From contig CM120643.1 of NCBI GenBank assembly GCA_051362555.1, forward strand, positions 27,718,848 to 27,782,847: a stretch of DNA of 64,000 nucleotides. Direction: 5' to 3'. Numbering within the stretch: position 1 is the stretch's first letter; each line of letters begins with the position of its first letter. The notes beneath the pieces are model-generated. The model was not told where the DNA came from. It did not search any database and saw only the letters and a program-made list of their open reading frames with translations. The translations under genes were made by a program, and so were the position numbers. Positions 1 to 12,025 of this stretch are shown in pieces. This DNA is from Lingula anatina (Eukaryota; Animalia; Brachiopoda).

Positions 1-131
1 AATGACGTGGCTTCATTGCTTTGTTTGTCATCAACTCCAGTAGCGGAACCATCTCGTTAAAGTCATCAATAGTCTTACGCAGGTCTTCAAAAGCTGGCCA
101 TTCTTTTAGTGCTCGCGGCAGCTTGCGGCAT
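1..131 (-). CDS. DNAH5: DNAH5-like exon 25 (cut by window edge)
   Basis: Acceptor ttcag; encodes [43 protein letters not shown]. Confidence 0.92.
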
Positions 132-426
132 CTGAAAGTAAACAAGGTAAGTATTAATTACAGAACAGAGCATGTTGCAACCCCATGTTGACATGAATGA
201 TGAGGTGTTTTCTGCCCCACCCTGTACTATCATCATCCCCTTCATCTTACTTGTTCTGAAAGTCCAGTACTACAGAAGTACAGGATTATGTATAATCAGA
301 AACAAAAGAGGATTTTTATAAATATCTTTTTATCAAATGTTTCAAACAGAGCCATAGAAATCCCAGCCTGATATTTTCAGGCACATTCTGTCCCACCCTG
401 CAGTATCATCACCCCAGTGGTCTTAC

Positions 427-569
427 TTGTTCTGAAAGTCTAGTAACTCTGTGTTGATTTTCTCAATGTTCACCTCCTGCCACAGAATGTCATAGTAACT
501 ATTGACTGTTTCTATAACAGCATTGTACAGGCCATACAACTTCTGGAGCAGATTCAGCTCCTTTTTGAT
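427..569 (-). CDS. DNAH5: DNAH5-like exon 24
   Basis: ag/gtaaga borders; [47 protein letters not shown]. Confidence 0.92.
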
Positions 570-914
570 CTAGAATGGAAAATAAAAGATTTTTTAAAAC
601 AGATGTTGCTTAAAGCATGATCTACATTTTACATACCTAATTAGAGTCACCAACATCAATTTCAGTCAATTTGAAAAATTATTAGTCTTGATCGACAATG
701 TTACTTCCAATAACCTATTAAAATAAAAAATCACTAACCTAATCACTAGACCTTTGTGATCTTTAAACTTCCAGTGTGAGATTTAATAAAATTCCATATC
801 TATTTTAGTTTAAAACAACTGGTCAAGACAAATTTTTCATTTTGCAATCACAGGATCCTTGTTACACTTTAATTAAGTTGATCTCGAACACCATTTAGTA
901 CCTTAAAGACATAC

Positions 915-1073
915 CTGTAAGAGTTCTGGATAAGGTGTGACAGGGAGACCAAAAAGTTCCTCACCACCCGTGTACGTGGTGTACTTGCGGAACAGGGTGT
1001 CAAAGCGGTTCTGGAAAATCAGCAGCCTCTCTGACGCCTCTCTGGGGGGTACTCCTGCCACCATGGGGCCAGC
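915..1073 (-). CDS. DNAH5: DNAH5-like exon 23
   Basis: cag/gtatg borders; [53 protein letters not shown]. Confidence 0.92.
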
Positions 1074-1386
1074 CTGGTTGATAATAATGTCGTTAATTAA
1101 TTTGAATACAAAATATTGGAAAAGGGAAAATGTGAGGATGTCTACATCTAGTCTGAATCTGGACCAAAAATGTGTCAGGCATCCATTGTTAGCAGTACTG
1201 AAACACTGTGGAGTTTGGTATATAAGAACCAGGTTTTGCTCTGTATTTTTTTATTTTAAAGTACTGAAATCTCTATTTAATAACTGAATGAACTTTAAAG
1301 GTGGGAAATTCACAAATATCATATAAATCCAACTTGTCTATATCCAAGAAATAAAATTATTTGATGTACAAGAAAGTCCAACTTAT

Positions 1387-3033
1387 ATGGCAGTCTGTAC
1401 AGTATCAAGTCCATCACATCCACCTATAACCGAACTTCTACCGAGGCCAGTATCCACTCTCTCCGCGTTCAGTGTGACAACTGTAACCGAAGTCTCAAAA
1501 ATCATTACGAGTTCAAAAAAGACATCATGTTCTTTAGACCCCATCCCAACAACATTGCTGACCCAGATTCTACCAACTGTCATAAATCCTATCACAGAAC
1601 TGGTGAACTTATGCTTTAAAGAGGGAATATTTCCAGACTCATTCAAAAGTGCAGTAATCAAACCTCTTCTGAAAAAGAATAATTTGGATCATAATGTCTT
1701 TAATCACTATAGACCTGTGAGTAATCTTTCTTTCTTGTCAAAGGTGGTTGAAAGAGTCATGGCAACGAGGCTGTTTGACCATCTAAAACAGAATAACTTG
1801 GTGGAACAAATGCAATCGGCTTATAAAGCAAAACATAACACTGAGCTTGCTCTTCTGAGAATAAAAAATGACCTTCTGACTGGTGTTGACAATCATTCTG
1901 CAGTCTTACTGGTGCTATTAGATCTTTCAGCAGCATTTGATACAGTTGACCATGACACTCTTCTATCATTCTTCGAGAAATCAGCTGGAATTAAGGACAA
2001 GGCGTTGTCTCTCCTACGGTCTTATCTTACTGGTAGAACACAGCAGATATCCATCAACGGTGTACTTTCAGATCTTGAGCAGATGATTTTTGGTGTTCCA
2101 CAGGGCAGCGTTCTTGGACCGATTAAATTTTGCATGTACACACTACCCTTGGGTGCTATACTACGACATCATCAAGTTGGCTATCACATATATGCAGACG
2201 ACACCCAGTTGTACCTTAACTGTGATATTCTTAAGCCTGGAGATGCAATAACTAGAATGACCTATGCCATTTCAGATTTGCGAGAATGGATGATCAAAAG
2301 TAAACTAAAATTAAATGATGAAAAAACCGAATTCATGGTCATCACTCAACCACACTCAAAACACTTAGCTGAAGGACTATCTCTACAAATTGGATCTGCA
2401 ATAGTTGGGGTTTCTCCTCATGCAAAAAATCTGGGGGTGTATTTTGATACTACTTTAAACATGGACAAGCAGATAGCCAACGTGAAAAAATCTTGTTTGT
2501 ATCACATAAGAAACATCAGTTCCCTACGAAATAATTTAACAGATTCTGCCACTGCCACGGTCATTCATGCCCTAGTAACATCAAGGCTTGATTACTGTAA
2601 CTCCTTGCTTTATGGATGCGGCATAGAAAGAACAAAGAAAGTCCAACGCATTCAAAATATATCAGCACGTCTTCTTACCCGAACTTCTATGGAGAATCAC
2701 ATGACACCGATATTAAAACAACTTCACTGGCTACCTGTAAACGCCCGGATCTTATTCAAACTTTTAACTCATGCTCATGCGGCTTTTTACGGACTTGCAC
2801 CAGATTTTATTTGTGATCTTGTATCTCATTACACACCAAACCGTACCTTAAGATCTAAGGATCAATTATTACTAAAACCACAGAACGCAAGACTAAAATC
2901 TTTTGGCGAAAAATCATTCCAGTACGCAGCACCACATGAGTGGAATAAATTACCTCTAGACTTGAGAAGCATTAGCTCAGTGAAGGATTTTAAAAAAGCT
3001 TTAAAAACATACCTTTTTCACAAATTTTATTAA
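1387..3033 (+). CDS. LINE ORF2 fragment: reverse transcriptase and C-terminal region (548 aa, no stops)
   Basis: Motifs LDPIPT, YRPVSNLSFLSKVVERV, LLDLSAAFDTVDH, GVPQGSVLGP, YADDTQLY, SRLDYCNSLL and HMTPILKQLHWLPV are typical of L2/Crack/Daphne-type RTs. Confidence 0.9.
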   Translation: MAVCTVSSPSHPPITELLPRPVSTLSAFSVTTVTEVSKIITSSKKTSCSLDPIPTTLLTQILPTVINPITELVNLCFKEGIFPDSFKSAVIKPLLKKNNLDHNVFNHYRPVSNLSFLSKVVERVMATRLFDHLKQNNLVEQMQSAYKAKHNTELALLRIKNDLLTGVDNHSAVLLVLLDLSAAFDTVDHDTLLSFFEKSAGIKDKALSLLRSYLTGRTQQISINGVLSDLEQMIFGVPQGSVLGPIKFCMYTLPLGAILRHHQVGYHIYADDTQLYLNCDILKPGDAITRMTYAISDLREWMIKSKLKLNDEKTEFMVITQPHSKHLAEGLSLQIGSAIVGVSPHAKNLGVYFDTTLNMDKQIANVKKSCLYHIRNISSLRNNLTDSATATVIHALVTSRLDYCNSLLYGCGIERTKKVQRIQNISARLLTRTSMENHMTPILKQLHWLPVNARILFKLLTHAHAAFYGLAPDFICDLVSHYTPNRTLRSKDQLLLKPQNARLKSFGEKSFQYAAPHEWNKLPLDLRSISSVKDFKKALKTYLFHKFY

Positions 3034-3217
3034 AGAACATTTTATAACTCGGAAATATTAACTGGGCATCATTATCTTAACTCAGACTATTAAGTCATAA
3101 TTTTATTAATTCAATTCATCTTACTGTGTTTTAGGTTTTTAGTTTGTAAAGTCTACAGAACATATTTTATGGATTTTAGACTTTAAATAAATATATTATT
3201 AAATATATTATTATATT
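1387..3217 (+). mobile_element. 5'-truncated non-LTR retrotransposon (L2/CR1 group, L2-clade-like) in a dynein intron, antisense to the host
   Basis: RT ORF, then a ~150-nt 3' UTR, AATAAA at ~3186 and an (A)TATATT-type repeat tail. No endonuclease domain and no clear TSD; the 5' boundary is approximate. Confidence 0.9.
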
Positions 3218-3303
3218 AGAAGCAAGTCATCAAATAAACCATAAATCTTTTACTCTTTACATATATATGTCTTTAAACTTTTCCCTTAAAAACCATGACT
3301 TAC

Positions 3304-3522
3304 AGTGGCATAGTCCCCATAGAAGTCCTTACAGTCCTCAGCAAAGACCTGAACATTGTCAATAAGTTCACTACGGAAGTCTGGTTGAATCTTGACAAGA
3401 TAGTGAGACATCTCCACGGCCTGTGCGTTCATGCGCTCCCACGAGTAGCGAAGTGTGTCCACACGCTCCATCTCCTCACGCTCTACTGGGAGTTCATGTT
3501 TTACGAGCATTGCGTAGGACTC
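3304..3522 (-). CDS. DNAH5: DNAH5-like exon 22
   Basis: cag/gtaagt; ESYAMLVKHELPVEREEMERVDTLRYSWE...FYGDYAT. Confidence 0.92.
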
Positions 3523-3916
3523 CTGTATACAGAGATCAGGGATGTTAGGAAAAAATAAAACATACAAAATGAAAATTTTAAATACAAATCAATCAATACT
3601 AAGACAGTTGTACTGAAATACAACCTTAAATACCCTGATAAAAGTGAAAAAAGTTTGATTTAAAAAAAAAAATGCTCTTAACATCTTTCTACAGACTAAA
3701 AAAAATTTAATCTACATTCAAACAGTTAAAAAGTTCATCATTTCCATATTTTTTTTACCTTGAGGTAAGACGATTTGACTCTTCATCAAAGAGCCCTGAC
3801 CACATGACTGACATTAAGTCACACTTTAAAAATGAGTTTCTTCTTTTATCATCATAATACAAGTACTTTTTTCACATTCAAATACTACAAATCTATAAAC
3901 AAATGCAACAACTTAC

Positions 3917-4152
3917 CTCAATGGGCCCGATATTCATATCAAGTCTGATTTCCTTCTCGCGAATCTCTTTCAGTCCCGCCATGACAAAGCGGATATCATC
4001 CAGGTCTTTGATTGGTCGGCTCAGCCTCTTGGTGGTTTCCTCAATGAAGTCGAAGATCTCCTGCATTTCTGTGGCATACTTGTGGTTGCAGGCCTTGCCA
4101 TAGTGTATCCTCCAGGCCTTGGTCTCAGTGGTCAGACCAAGCTTGAGTTTTT
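3917..4152 (-). CDS. DNAH5: DNAH5-like exon 21
   Basis: tag/gtaagt; [25 protein letters not shown]...[21 protein letters not shown]...GPIE. Confidence 0.92.
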
Positions 4153-4504
4153 CTAAACATTAGATACATTGGAATTATATTCATATACATATAAAATCAC
4201 AAAACAGTACAAAATAACAAGTTAATTTGAATGTTTCAAAATTATTTAAAGTTATTTTTTAAATAAACTTATTTTTCCATTTTTTCAGACAGGCCAAGCC
4301 AGAAGTAATTGGCTGATGTTTTGAGTAACTGAGATATCAAATGGCTATCGTATCACTAAATGCATATATTGAAAATAATTATTTTTACAATTACAACATT
4401 CTTTTCATTCCATGCAAAATAGAAACACTCAATTATCAAAATACAACAGATCCTCTTCACTGAAAACTGTGCTGCCCCCTACAGTCCATTTCTTGCTGAC
4501 TTAC

Positions 4505-4706
4505 CAGTGTACAGAGCAATGGCGCCCACATCATAGAAGTCTGGCTCAGCATTCACCATGGCTTCCAGCTCATTGTAATGTAAGATCTTTGCCTCAAACT
4601 CAGACAGTTTTGGCTCCTGTTTCATAAATTCTTTCAGGTCTTCCTCCATGTCTTTCTCCCAGATCACATGGTAGTGCTTGAAGGTGTCCAGGGCAGTGGT
4701 GATTTC
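4505..4706 (-). CDS. DNAH5: DNAH5-like exon 20
   Basis: cag/gtaagt; EITTALDTFKHYHVIWEKDMEEDLKEF...VGAIALYT. Confidence 0.9.
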
Positions 4707-5058
4707 CTGGGGATAAGAACAGATTTTTAGATTTATTTTCTTTCTCTTTAATACACCAGGATAAAATTTTTTTTAACATAGTTTCTTTTTTTTACCTCTT
4801 TCATTAATTTTATGCACATAAAAATATATATATTTATAATTGCCTGTTATTATCTTATGTGTTAATTAAGCCATTAAAGAAATAAACAAACTAGTAAAAA
4901 TTTAATGTTTTATATATGTCATTTATGCAATGATATTAAAAATTATTACTATAAAATAATTAAAAAATGAAAAATTGAATTTTATATTAGTAAATCATTA
5001 TAAAAATTTGAAAAATAATACATATACAAAAATAAAGATAATCAAATAAAGACAGTAC

Positions 5059-5501
5059 CTTCTTGGTGGAGTTAATGGATGTCTGGAGCAGGCCCACCAT
5101 CTTGGCTACTTCTTTGTTCTCAGACACCTGCTTGTAGTAGTTCTTAGGCTGCTGTTGAACGGTCAAACTGGTCATGCTCTCCCCTGCTTCCAGCCGACCA
5201 CGGCTACCTCGTCGCCCACCAGCTCCCACATGTGACACCTCGGACGCGGCAATGCTCCCTATGCTTGATCTGCGGTCGTTATGGTGCTCTGAGAACGACC
5301 CGGAACGCTCCGTTTTCTTGACCGTCTTCCGACGTTCTTTGCTCCACTGGGCGACGCCCTTAGAAACACTTAGGATGGTTAAGGCCACCTTGTTGACTGT
5401 TTGTTGGACCTCGTCCAGAGCTGGCTGCATCACGATGTTGGGAATAGCCAGAACTGCATCTGTCTTGAAGAAAGGACGACTCTTGGTGCTGTCACCCAAA
5501 T
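5059..5501 (-). CDS. DNAH5: DNAH5-like exon 19
   Basis: cag/gtact; PFFKTDAVLAIPNIVMQPALDEVQQTVNK...KNYYKQVSENKEVAK...INSTKK. Confidence 0.9.
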
Positions 5502-5832
5502 CTGAAATGAGAAATTAAATAAAACCCTACAGAATATGTTGATGATCATAATGTATTATTGTGATAATATACTAAATTCTATATTCATATAAAAATCAAG
5601 GATTGTGTTAAATTCTACATTCATATAATTTAGGATAATAACATCATGATATTTCATCAAAGTTATAAGTGCTTTCTTAGTGTGTGCACAACTGTATGTT
5701 TCTGCCAACAAATGCAGGGATCATGAAAATATGTCCTAAAATGTCTATACCACTTGATAACTAACAGTCTAATAGTGGAAAAAATAATTTTGAGATATTT
5801 CATCAACATTTATACACCTTAGTATCACTTAC

Positions 5833-6099
5833 CAATATAAGACACAGTAGATGATGAAATAATTCTCTTCCTCAGTGACTCCAGGGTGTTTCTCGTCACC
5901 TTCAGAAGGGAGTCCAGGTTGCGATGGTTGAAATGGCTCAGGAGCTCCATGGCCGTCTCCTCCATGGATTCACGCATCTCCTTCTTCTTGTTCCTGTGTT
6001 TTTTGGCACCCTGGGAAATGGGACGCTGGGAGCCCTGGCGACTTCCTGTCTGGGAGGACCTGGACGGAGTGGGGCTGCCTGCTCTACTGCCCTTCTCAC
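5833..6099 (-). CDS. DNAH5: DNAH5-like exon 18
   Basis: cag/gtaagt, phase 1-1; ...[29 protein letters not shown]. Confidence 0.88.
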
Positions 6100-6117
6100 C
6101 TGTAGTACAAGCAATAA

Positions 6118-6139
6118 TAAATAAATAAACAAATAAATA

Positions 6140-6190
<51 letters not shown>

Positions 6191-6192
6191 AA
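6118..6192. repeat. (AAAT)n microsatellite
   Basis: Read directly from the sequence. Confidence 0.95.
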
Positions 6193-6372
6193 TAGGAAAA
6201 GTGATTAAAGATAAATAACAAAATATAACAAGAACAACAGTCAAGTAGTATCCACAATAAAATCCATATTACTACTTATAATCAAACTATTAATAAGAAT
6301 CATAATTATATCAACAGAAGCAATGACACTTATAATCTCTACTGGCTGTGGACAGGTAAACATAAATCTCAC

Positions 6373-6520
6373 CATTCTCATCTTTATCCTCATCCTCCTC
6401 TGGCTCAGCCTCTGACTCCTCAGGGCCGAAGTCGCACAACATGTTGATGAGTTCGTTGGCCGCATCTTCCACGTTGATGCTCTTAGAATTGAGAGTGAGG
6501 GCACCAGCACTGCACAGTTG
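6373..6520 (-). CDS. DNAH5: DNAH5-like exon 17
   Basis: cag/gtgaga; QLCSAGALTLNSKSINVEDAANELINMLCDFGPEESEAEPEEDEDKDEN. Confidence 0.88.
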
Positions 6521-6785
6521 CTGAAGAAAATAATATTACCTTATATGTGTGACTAATTATGATTAAGAACCAAACTTCGTTTTTTTCTTATACAAATGCT
6601 TTACATGGTACTCTTTATTATTATTTTTTATTGTTATTTTTAGAATTATTTTACAACATTCCAAAATTTTTGAAAAAAATAATGCAGATGAAAAAATTTA
6701 TGAAAAACTGACTAACAATGGAACATATATGCACACCCATACATAAACACCAACAGAAACACTATAGTAATACAAACACACACAC

Positions 6786-6961
6786 CTGTGTTCTTTGCAT
6801 GAATTCATCCACAGTCCACGGTACTTCATCAGGAAACTCGCAGAGAGTCGTGGTGCTCATCTCGTGCAAGATGGCGTCAATTCGGAACTCTGTGAGATCA
6901 TTTGCGCGGTCTATCAGGAGCTCCAGCTCTTCCAGGGCTGCGTAGACATCTTTGACAAATA
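6786..6961 (-). CDS. DNAH5: DNAH5-like exon 16
   Basis: tag/gtgtg; FVKDVYAALEELELLIDRANDLTEFRIDAILHEMSTTTLCEFPDEVPWTVDEFMQRTQ. Confidence 0.9.
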
Positions 6962-7293
6962 CTAGAAATAAAGAGAATTACCTGATGAGTTCTCAGGTCT
7001 TAATTACATTTCTTTAATTACATCTCAAAGTTGTGAAAAGATACCCAATTATCTAATAATTCACTCTTAATAAAAATTAAGGCGAAATTTTGTGATAATT
7101 TTCATTTGGATTTGGCATTAATAAAAGCAGCCTTTACAAGCCAAATATCAATCAACCTTTACATTCTGCTGTCATGTTACTTGTTTAATGCATTTATATA
7201 CTACACAATATGGAGGATATATGAAAATAATAAAATGAATTTAAAAAAAAAGAAATAAATTCAATATTCTGTGTAAAGATGACCAGGTCTTAC

Positions 7294-7435
7294 AATCAAT
7301 GTTCATGGATGTCCAGGTTAGAGTGGTCAGACCAGGCTCAATCACATCGTCCACTTTGTTGGTGTGGGGGGTCATCAGGGGCTCAAACGACGCAGGGATT
7401 TTATCTCGAACACGCTTGTTCTCTGCCAGCATCAG
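7294..7435 (-). CDS. DNAH5: DNAH5-like exon 15
   Basis: tag/gtaaga; LMLAENKRVRDKIPASFEPLMTPHTNKVDDVIEPGLTTLTWTSMNID. Confidence 0.9.
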
Positions 7436-7723
7436 CTAAATAAACAGTAAGATACAAGTTATTTAAAAATAAAATTTTTTAAATGGCAAATTTCACTGAG
7501 ATTTTTGTCATACAAAGCACACAATTTTATCCACATTAACTTTTTTAATTTGCATTTGTCAGAAAAAAATTGTCTGAAAGATTTTACACTTTAGGCACAA
7601 ATACATATAAATTGTAACATAAAAAGTTACCTGTAATTTTATATATTAAAATATATTGTTTTAAAGAAATACAAACTGTGCAGAAATAAAATGAAAAGTT
7701 TTTACGTGTATATGAAAACTTAC

Positions 7724-7930
7724 AGTGAGCATGTTGTAATTCTCTTTGAACTGCTCCTGCTTGGCGCGCAGATTTTTGGCAGCAGGAGGGATCTCCAGTC
7801 CCAGGCGTACCATGCACTCCGTCTCTCTGATTAGGGTGATAATTTGGGGGTCAAAGTTCACGTAGAGCTCTTGGGTCTCTGGGTGACGTACAATGAGGGA
7901 GGCTTGGAGACCAGACTTGGCTGCCTCAAC
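7724..7930 (-). CDS. DNAH5: DNAH5-like exon 14
   Basis: cag/gtaagt; VEAAKSGLQASLIVRHPETQELYVNFDPQIITLIRETECM... Confidence 0.92.
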
Positions 7931-8344
7931 CTGATTGGATAATTAAAAATATTCATTTCAGATTTATTTTGGTAGTTGTGTTTTATACAATGACTATGAC
8001 CCAACTAGTACTACATGTAGCTTAATAAACATGTTACTGGGATAGAATAAAATTCCCTCCCTGTTCTCTTCACTTTTGGCAAGCTCATAACTTTTTCTGT
8101 CTCCTATGTGTTTTATTTTTGACAACAGGATTTACAGAATTGTGCTTAAGCTCATCAAGGGGGAAGCACTGCACACCGCAACTGCCAATATCTCAAAAAA
8201 GCAAAAATGGAAATAAAACATTTAATTCTCACCTAAAGATAAATAACAGAAACCAATGACACAAAATTGCACTATCCTTTCATTTATATCCTTTCAGTTA
8301 ATTTGACTAGAATGCCTTTATTAAGTTCTTTATGTCCCACTCAC

Positions 8345-8523
8345 CTGTCTAATCCAGCCCCTGTGATAAAGCACTTCATACTCCAGGAGAACCTTGGCCA
8401 GTTTGTTGAAGTTTTTGATGATTCTCTTGGCCTCGGGACCCTGCAGGATGGTGGGGTGCTGCTGGAACACCTCCATTGGTTCCTGGATCCTACGATACAA
8501 CTGACGCGCCCACGCTATCTTAC
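8345..8523 (-). CDS. DNAH5: DNAH5-like exon 13
   Basis: cag/gtgagt; [16 protein letters not shown]...[18 protein letters not shown]. Confidence 0.92.
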
Positions 8524-8929
8524 CTGGAGAAGATGGCAGCAGTTTTATACAACTGAATTGTCATTATTTGTACTTATTCATTATCATGATTTGTAAAGTC
8601 TTAATTGTTTTTTTTTTTTACCTTCAATGAATAAATAATTTATGTTATTACTCATGATTGTATGAATTATAAAAAAATGAATGTTAGGGACAAGTCTGTA
8701 TTCTGAAAAACATTGTTTTATAGATGTGTCTTTAAGTTAAGGTTATAACTATTCACATGTATATCAGTTTAAGTGTCAGAACATGCAACATACAGTTATT
8801 TTTCAGTATAGTAGGAGAATTTTTGTTTGCAGAACGTAAATGCTTGGCAAGGTACAAAGAATACAAAGCATCTGATAAAATTACATTTTTCCATTCAATA
8901 AATTTGTAATTAATAGCATGTATCCATAC

Positions 8930-9158
8930 CTGCAATTGGTGGGAGATCTCTACCAATAGGAGGCTCTGTCTTATCTCTCTGGTAGGATTTTGAAACACTT
9001 TCAATATCTCTGCCGTATTTGTTGAGAATCTTGGCATATTTCTCAGGAATTCCCAGATTTGGGAGATTTAGGCGCTCAAATCTCCTCAGCATCCACAAAG
9101 CTCTCGCAGTGCTGGTTATCTTCTCAAAACGTTGGTCCATGAACATGATGATACCGCT
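8930..9158 (-). CDS. DNAH5: DNAH5-like exon 12
   Basis: cag/gtatgg; SGIIMFMDQRFEKITS...PPIGRDLPPIA. Confidence 0.92.
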
Positions 9159-9442
9159 CTGAAATATAGAAAAAAATATGAAAATCATTTTAAAAATGAC
9201 GAATAAACTTGCTGATTTCAGCCATTTAATTTATTTATCTAACTTTATAACATTACCTGTGGAAATCAAACTATTCAACACTAGCAAGACTACTCGTAAA
9301 AGGGAACTATGTTACTATGATTTATAGCTATAATTGATTAACTGATGCCTTAAATAGAACAAAAAGGATGCTGCTCATGTAAAAAATTAAAACTTGAAGA
9401 ATAATTTTTAAGTACCACATGTCCAGTTAAATAAAAACTCAC

Positions 9443-9579
9443 ATGAAGTTCTTGAATTTGTCTCTTGAAATCTTCAAAGTCCTGGTCAAAGTCCATCTTT
9501 CTCTGGTCCAGGTAGTCGTATGGCTTCTTCTTCAAGGAGGTCACAATCACACTGAACTTGTTGGCCATGATTTCCATAC
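9443..9579 (-). CDS. DNAH5: DNAH5-like exon 11
   Basis: cag/gtgagt; MEIMANKFSVIVTSLKKKPYDYLDQRKMDFDQDFEDFKRQIQELH. Confidence 0.92.
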
Positions 9580-9911
9580 CTGAACAAAAAATTGGAGAAA
9601 AATGGGTTGTTTCATTAGTGAAAATATATTTTAGGACTGTTAAGGTCATCAGCCATGTACAAGTGTTATCTTGTGAGAAGTTCTCTTAAAGCAAGAAGTG
9701 AAAATTCCATTGAGTGTTACCTTTCAGTTGTCTTCTTATTTGGCAGAAGAAAAACAATTCTTTTTCGAAAAAATTCCTCCATAATTTGGTTTGATACTAT
9801 GATTTGGCTAAAATGATTCATAAATTCAACTGAAATGATTAAAATTTTTAAATTAAATTTATCCTAAAGTTAACCTGGCACATCTGTCCCATAATGATCT
9901 GCGTGCCTCAC

Positions 9912-10221
9912 CTTCAATCTTGGACTCCGCCAAGTGAGAGTACATCTCCATGGTGTTAAACATCTCCGTAATCTTCTTCAACCTCCGCGTAAACGTGTCA
10001 AACTTCCCAAAGATGTACATCTCGGAGAACTCGAACTGTCTCTCGTTTGGCATGGTCTCCAACTTCTGCTTTGTGCGCTGAAAGCAGCGCTGGTACTCAT
10101 CATTCAGTTTGATACAATCCTGGAGCTTCTTGAGGACTTCATCCGTGGCCTGCATCCATATGGTCTCAATACCCCCGCACGTGATGTATCCCTTACAGGC
10201 AGTGATCATTTGATTTGTGCA
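9912..10221 (-). CDS. DNAH5: DNAH5-like exon 10
   Basis: cag/gtgagg; CTNQMITACKGYIT...FEFSEMYIFGKFDTFTRRL...SKIE. Confidence 0.93.
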
Positions 10222-10436
10222 CTGAAAGAAAAAAATAATTTGCATAATAGCAACTGGTATGTATAATTACTCCTGCTCAGGAGATTGCTTTTCCTTTGTT
10301 GGTTTGTGAATTAACAGCCTAACTCAAAAAGGTATTTATGGATTTTACTCATTTCATCTTAAAACTGACAAAACCTCAATTATACTGCCAATATTCTATT
10401 TTTTTCACAGAAAAAGCACTATTTTTGGCATCTCAC

Positions 10437-10544
10437 CTTGACAAAGAGGGAGGTCATTCTCTCAGAGGTGTTGTAATACCTGGATATACTGTGAACCATA
10501 CGAATAGCATTGATCAGACCTGGGATGGCCTCCAACATTCCAAC
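10437..10544 (-). CDS. DNAH5: DNAH5-like exon 9
   Basis: tag/gtgaga; [36 protein letters not shown]. Confidence 0.93.
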
Positions 10545-10816
10545 CTAGAGACAGAGAGGGAAATATTTCTATGAAAAATGTATTTGATGAAAGTTTATGA
10601 ATGATTGTTTTGATATGTTTTCATATCACTGAATTGCTCAATGTTGTTCTATAAATGCCTTTATTTCACTGTACTTGCTGAACTGTAATTTTTGTAAGAA
10701 TGTAGTTGTACCTTTTTTTTTTTTTGAAAATGCATAAAAAATAAGGAATTAAGAGCTAAAAATAAAAAAAAAAATTAATAAAAAAATTAATAAATTAATA
10801 AATAACATCTACTCAC

Positions 10817-10930
10817 AGGATCACTGTTATAGAGGGGGTCACAGAACTTGTCCAGGGTGTACAGATACTTGACGTTATCTTTGGCCTCATTGGCAGCATC
10901 TGTTATTCTGCGATCTAACTCTTGCCATGT
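10817..10930 (-). CDS. DNAH5: DNAH5-like exon 8
   Basis: cag/gtgagt; [38 protein letters not shown]. Confidence 0.93.
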
Positions 10931-11294
10931 CTGGAAAAACCACAAGAGATGGTCACTTTAACAAAACGGAACTTTATTTAACCCAAGATTTAAATTCAAA
11001 TCAGTGTCTTTCAGTCAAATATAAAAAAAATATGCAAAAGGATCTTTTAATTACAGTAAAGTAACTAAGCAATCCATCCGAAAATGAAAAATTGGGAAAA
11101 AAGAAGAAAACATTTACTTGAGAAGCTGACCTTTAAATTGAGATACTTATTTCCAGCTGCTAAAACAGGGTCACCTCTTAACATCTTTTATTTCAGTAAC
11201 AAGTGACATTCTAAATAATCAAATCACTGGCTTTAAGATACAGGGCACTTCAATCAGAGAAAATGTGTAAGACAAGTAAACATGACATCGGTAC

Positions 11295-11471
11295 CTTAAT
11301 GGTCTTAGACTTGGCAGCCTGCAGCACTCCCAGGACGGCCTTGACCTCTGGCCCCTTGATCTGGTCCAGCAGATAGTTAAACTTGGACATTCTCTTCTTC
11401 CAGTGGTCTAGTTCGGCCCTGGGACCAATGTCGTCTGCCTCCTTCCTCATCTGTTCACTCTCAGCCAGTAC
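11295..11471 (-). CDS. DNAH5: DNAH5-like exon 7
   Basis: tag/gtacc; [39 protein letters not shown]...KSKTIK. Confidence 0.93.
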
Positions 11472-11861
11472 CTACAGATGGAGGAAAAAAGATATAATGA
11501 ATCTTTAATGAATATATGATTTGAAAAGAAAATATACTTTTAAGCATGGTAAATAAAACATGGTATCCAAGGATTTAAAATTATTCTTAACTTGGGTGAA
11601 AATACCAGGTGAAGAGTTGATCTTAACAATTATACTATGTCATGTGTCATCAAAAATGTACAGCAAGCTTTTGATTTTAGATATTAGCAAGCTCTTGCAC
11701 AAAAAAGTAAAAAAAATCACAACATACCCATAAAGATTGTTATTTTTTTAAAAAGTATACTATTTCCATCTATTTACCCCAAAAAGTTGCAGTCCCCTCC
11801 CTCCAAAACCCAAGTGCTGTTACCAATACTCCCCCCCCTTTAACACCCCCTGAGCCCTCAC

Positions 11862-12025
11862 CTGTTCTATCTGCTTTATCCAGACAGCTATGGTCTCTTC
11901 TATCCCCTCTAAAGCCTCTGTGCTGTTAGCAATGGCCTGAAACTCTGCTGGGGACTGGATCTTGGACAGGTCATACTTCTCACAGGGAGTAAGGTTCACT
12001 TTGTCTTCAAGACTCTCCTGGGCTC
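11862..12025 (-). CDS. DNAH5: DNAH5-like exon 6
   Basis: cag/gtgagg; AQESLEDKVNLTPCEKYDL...IAVWIKQIEQ. Confidence 0.9.
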
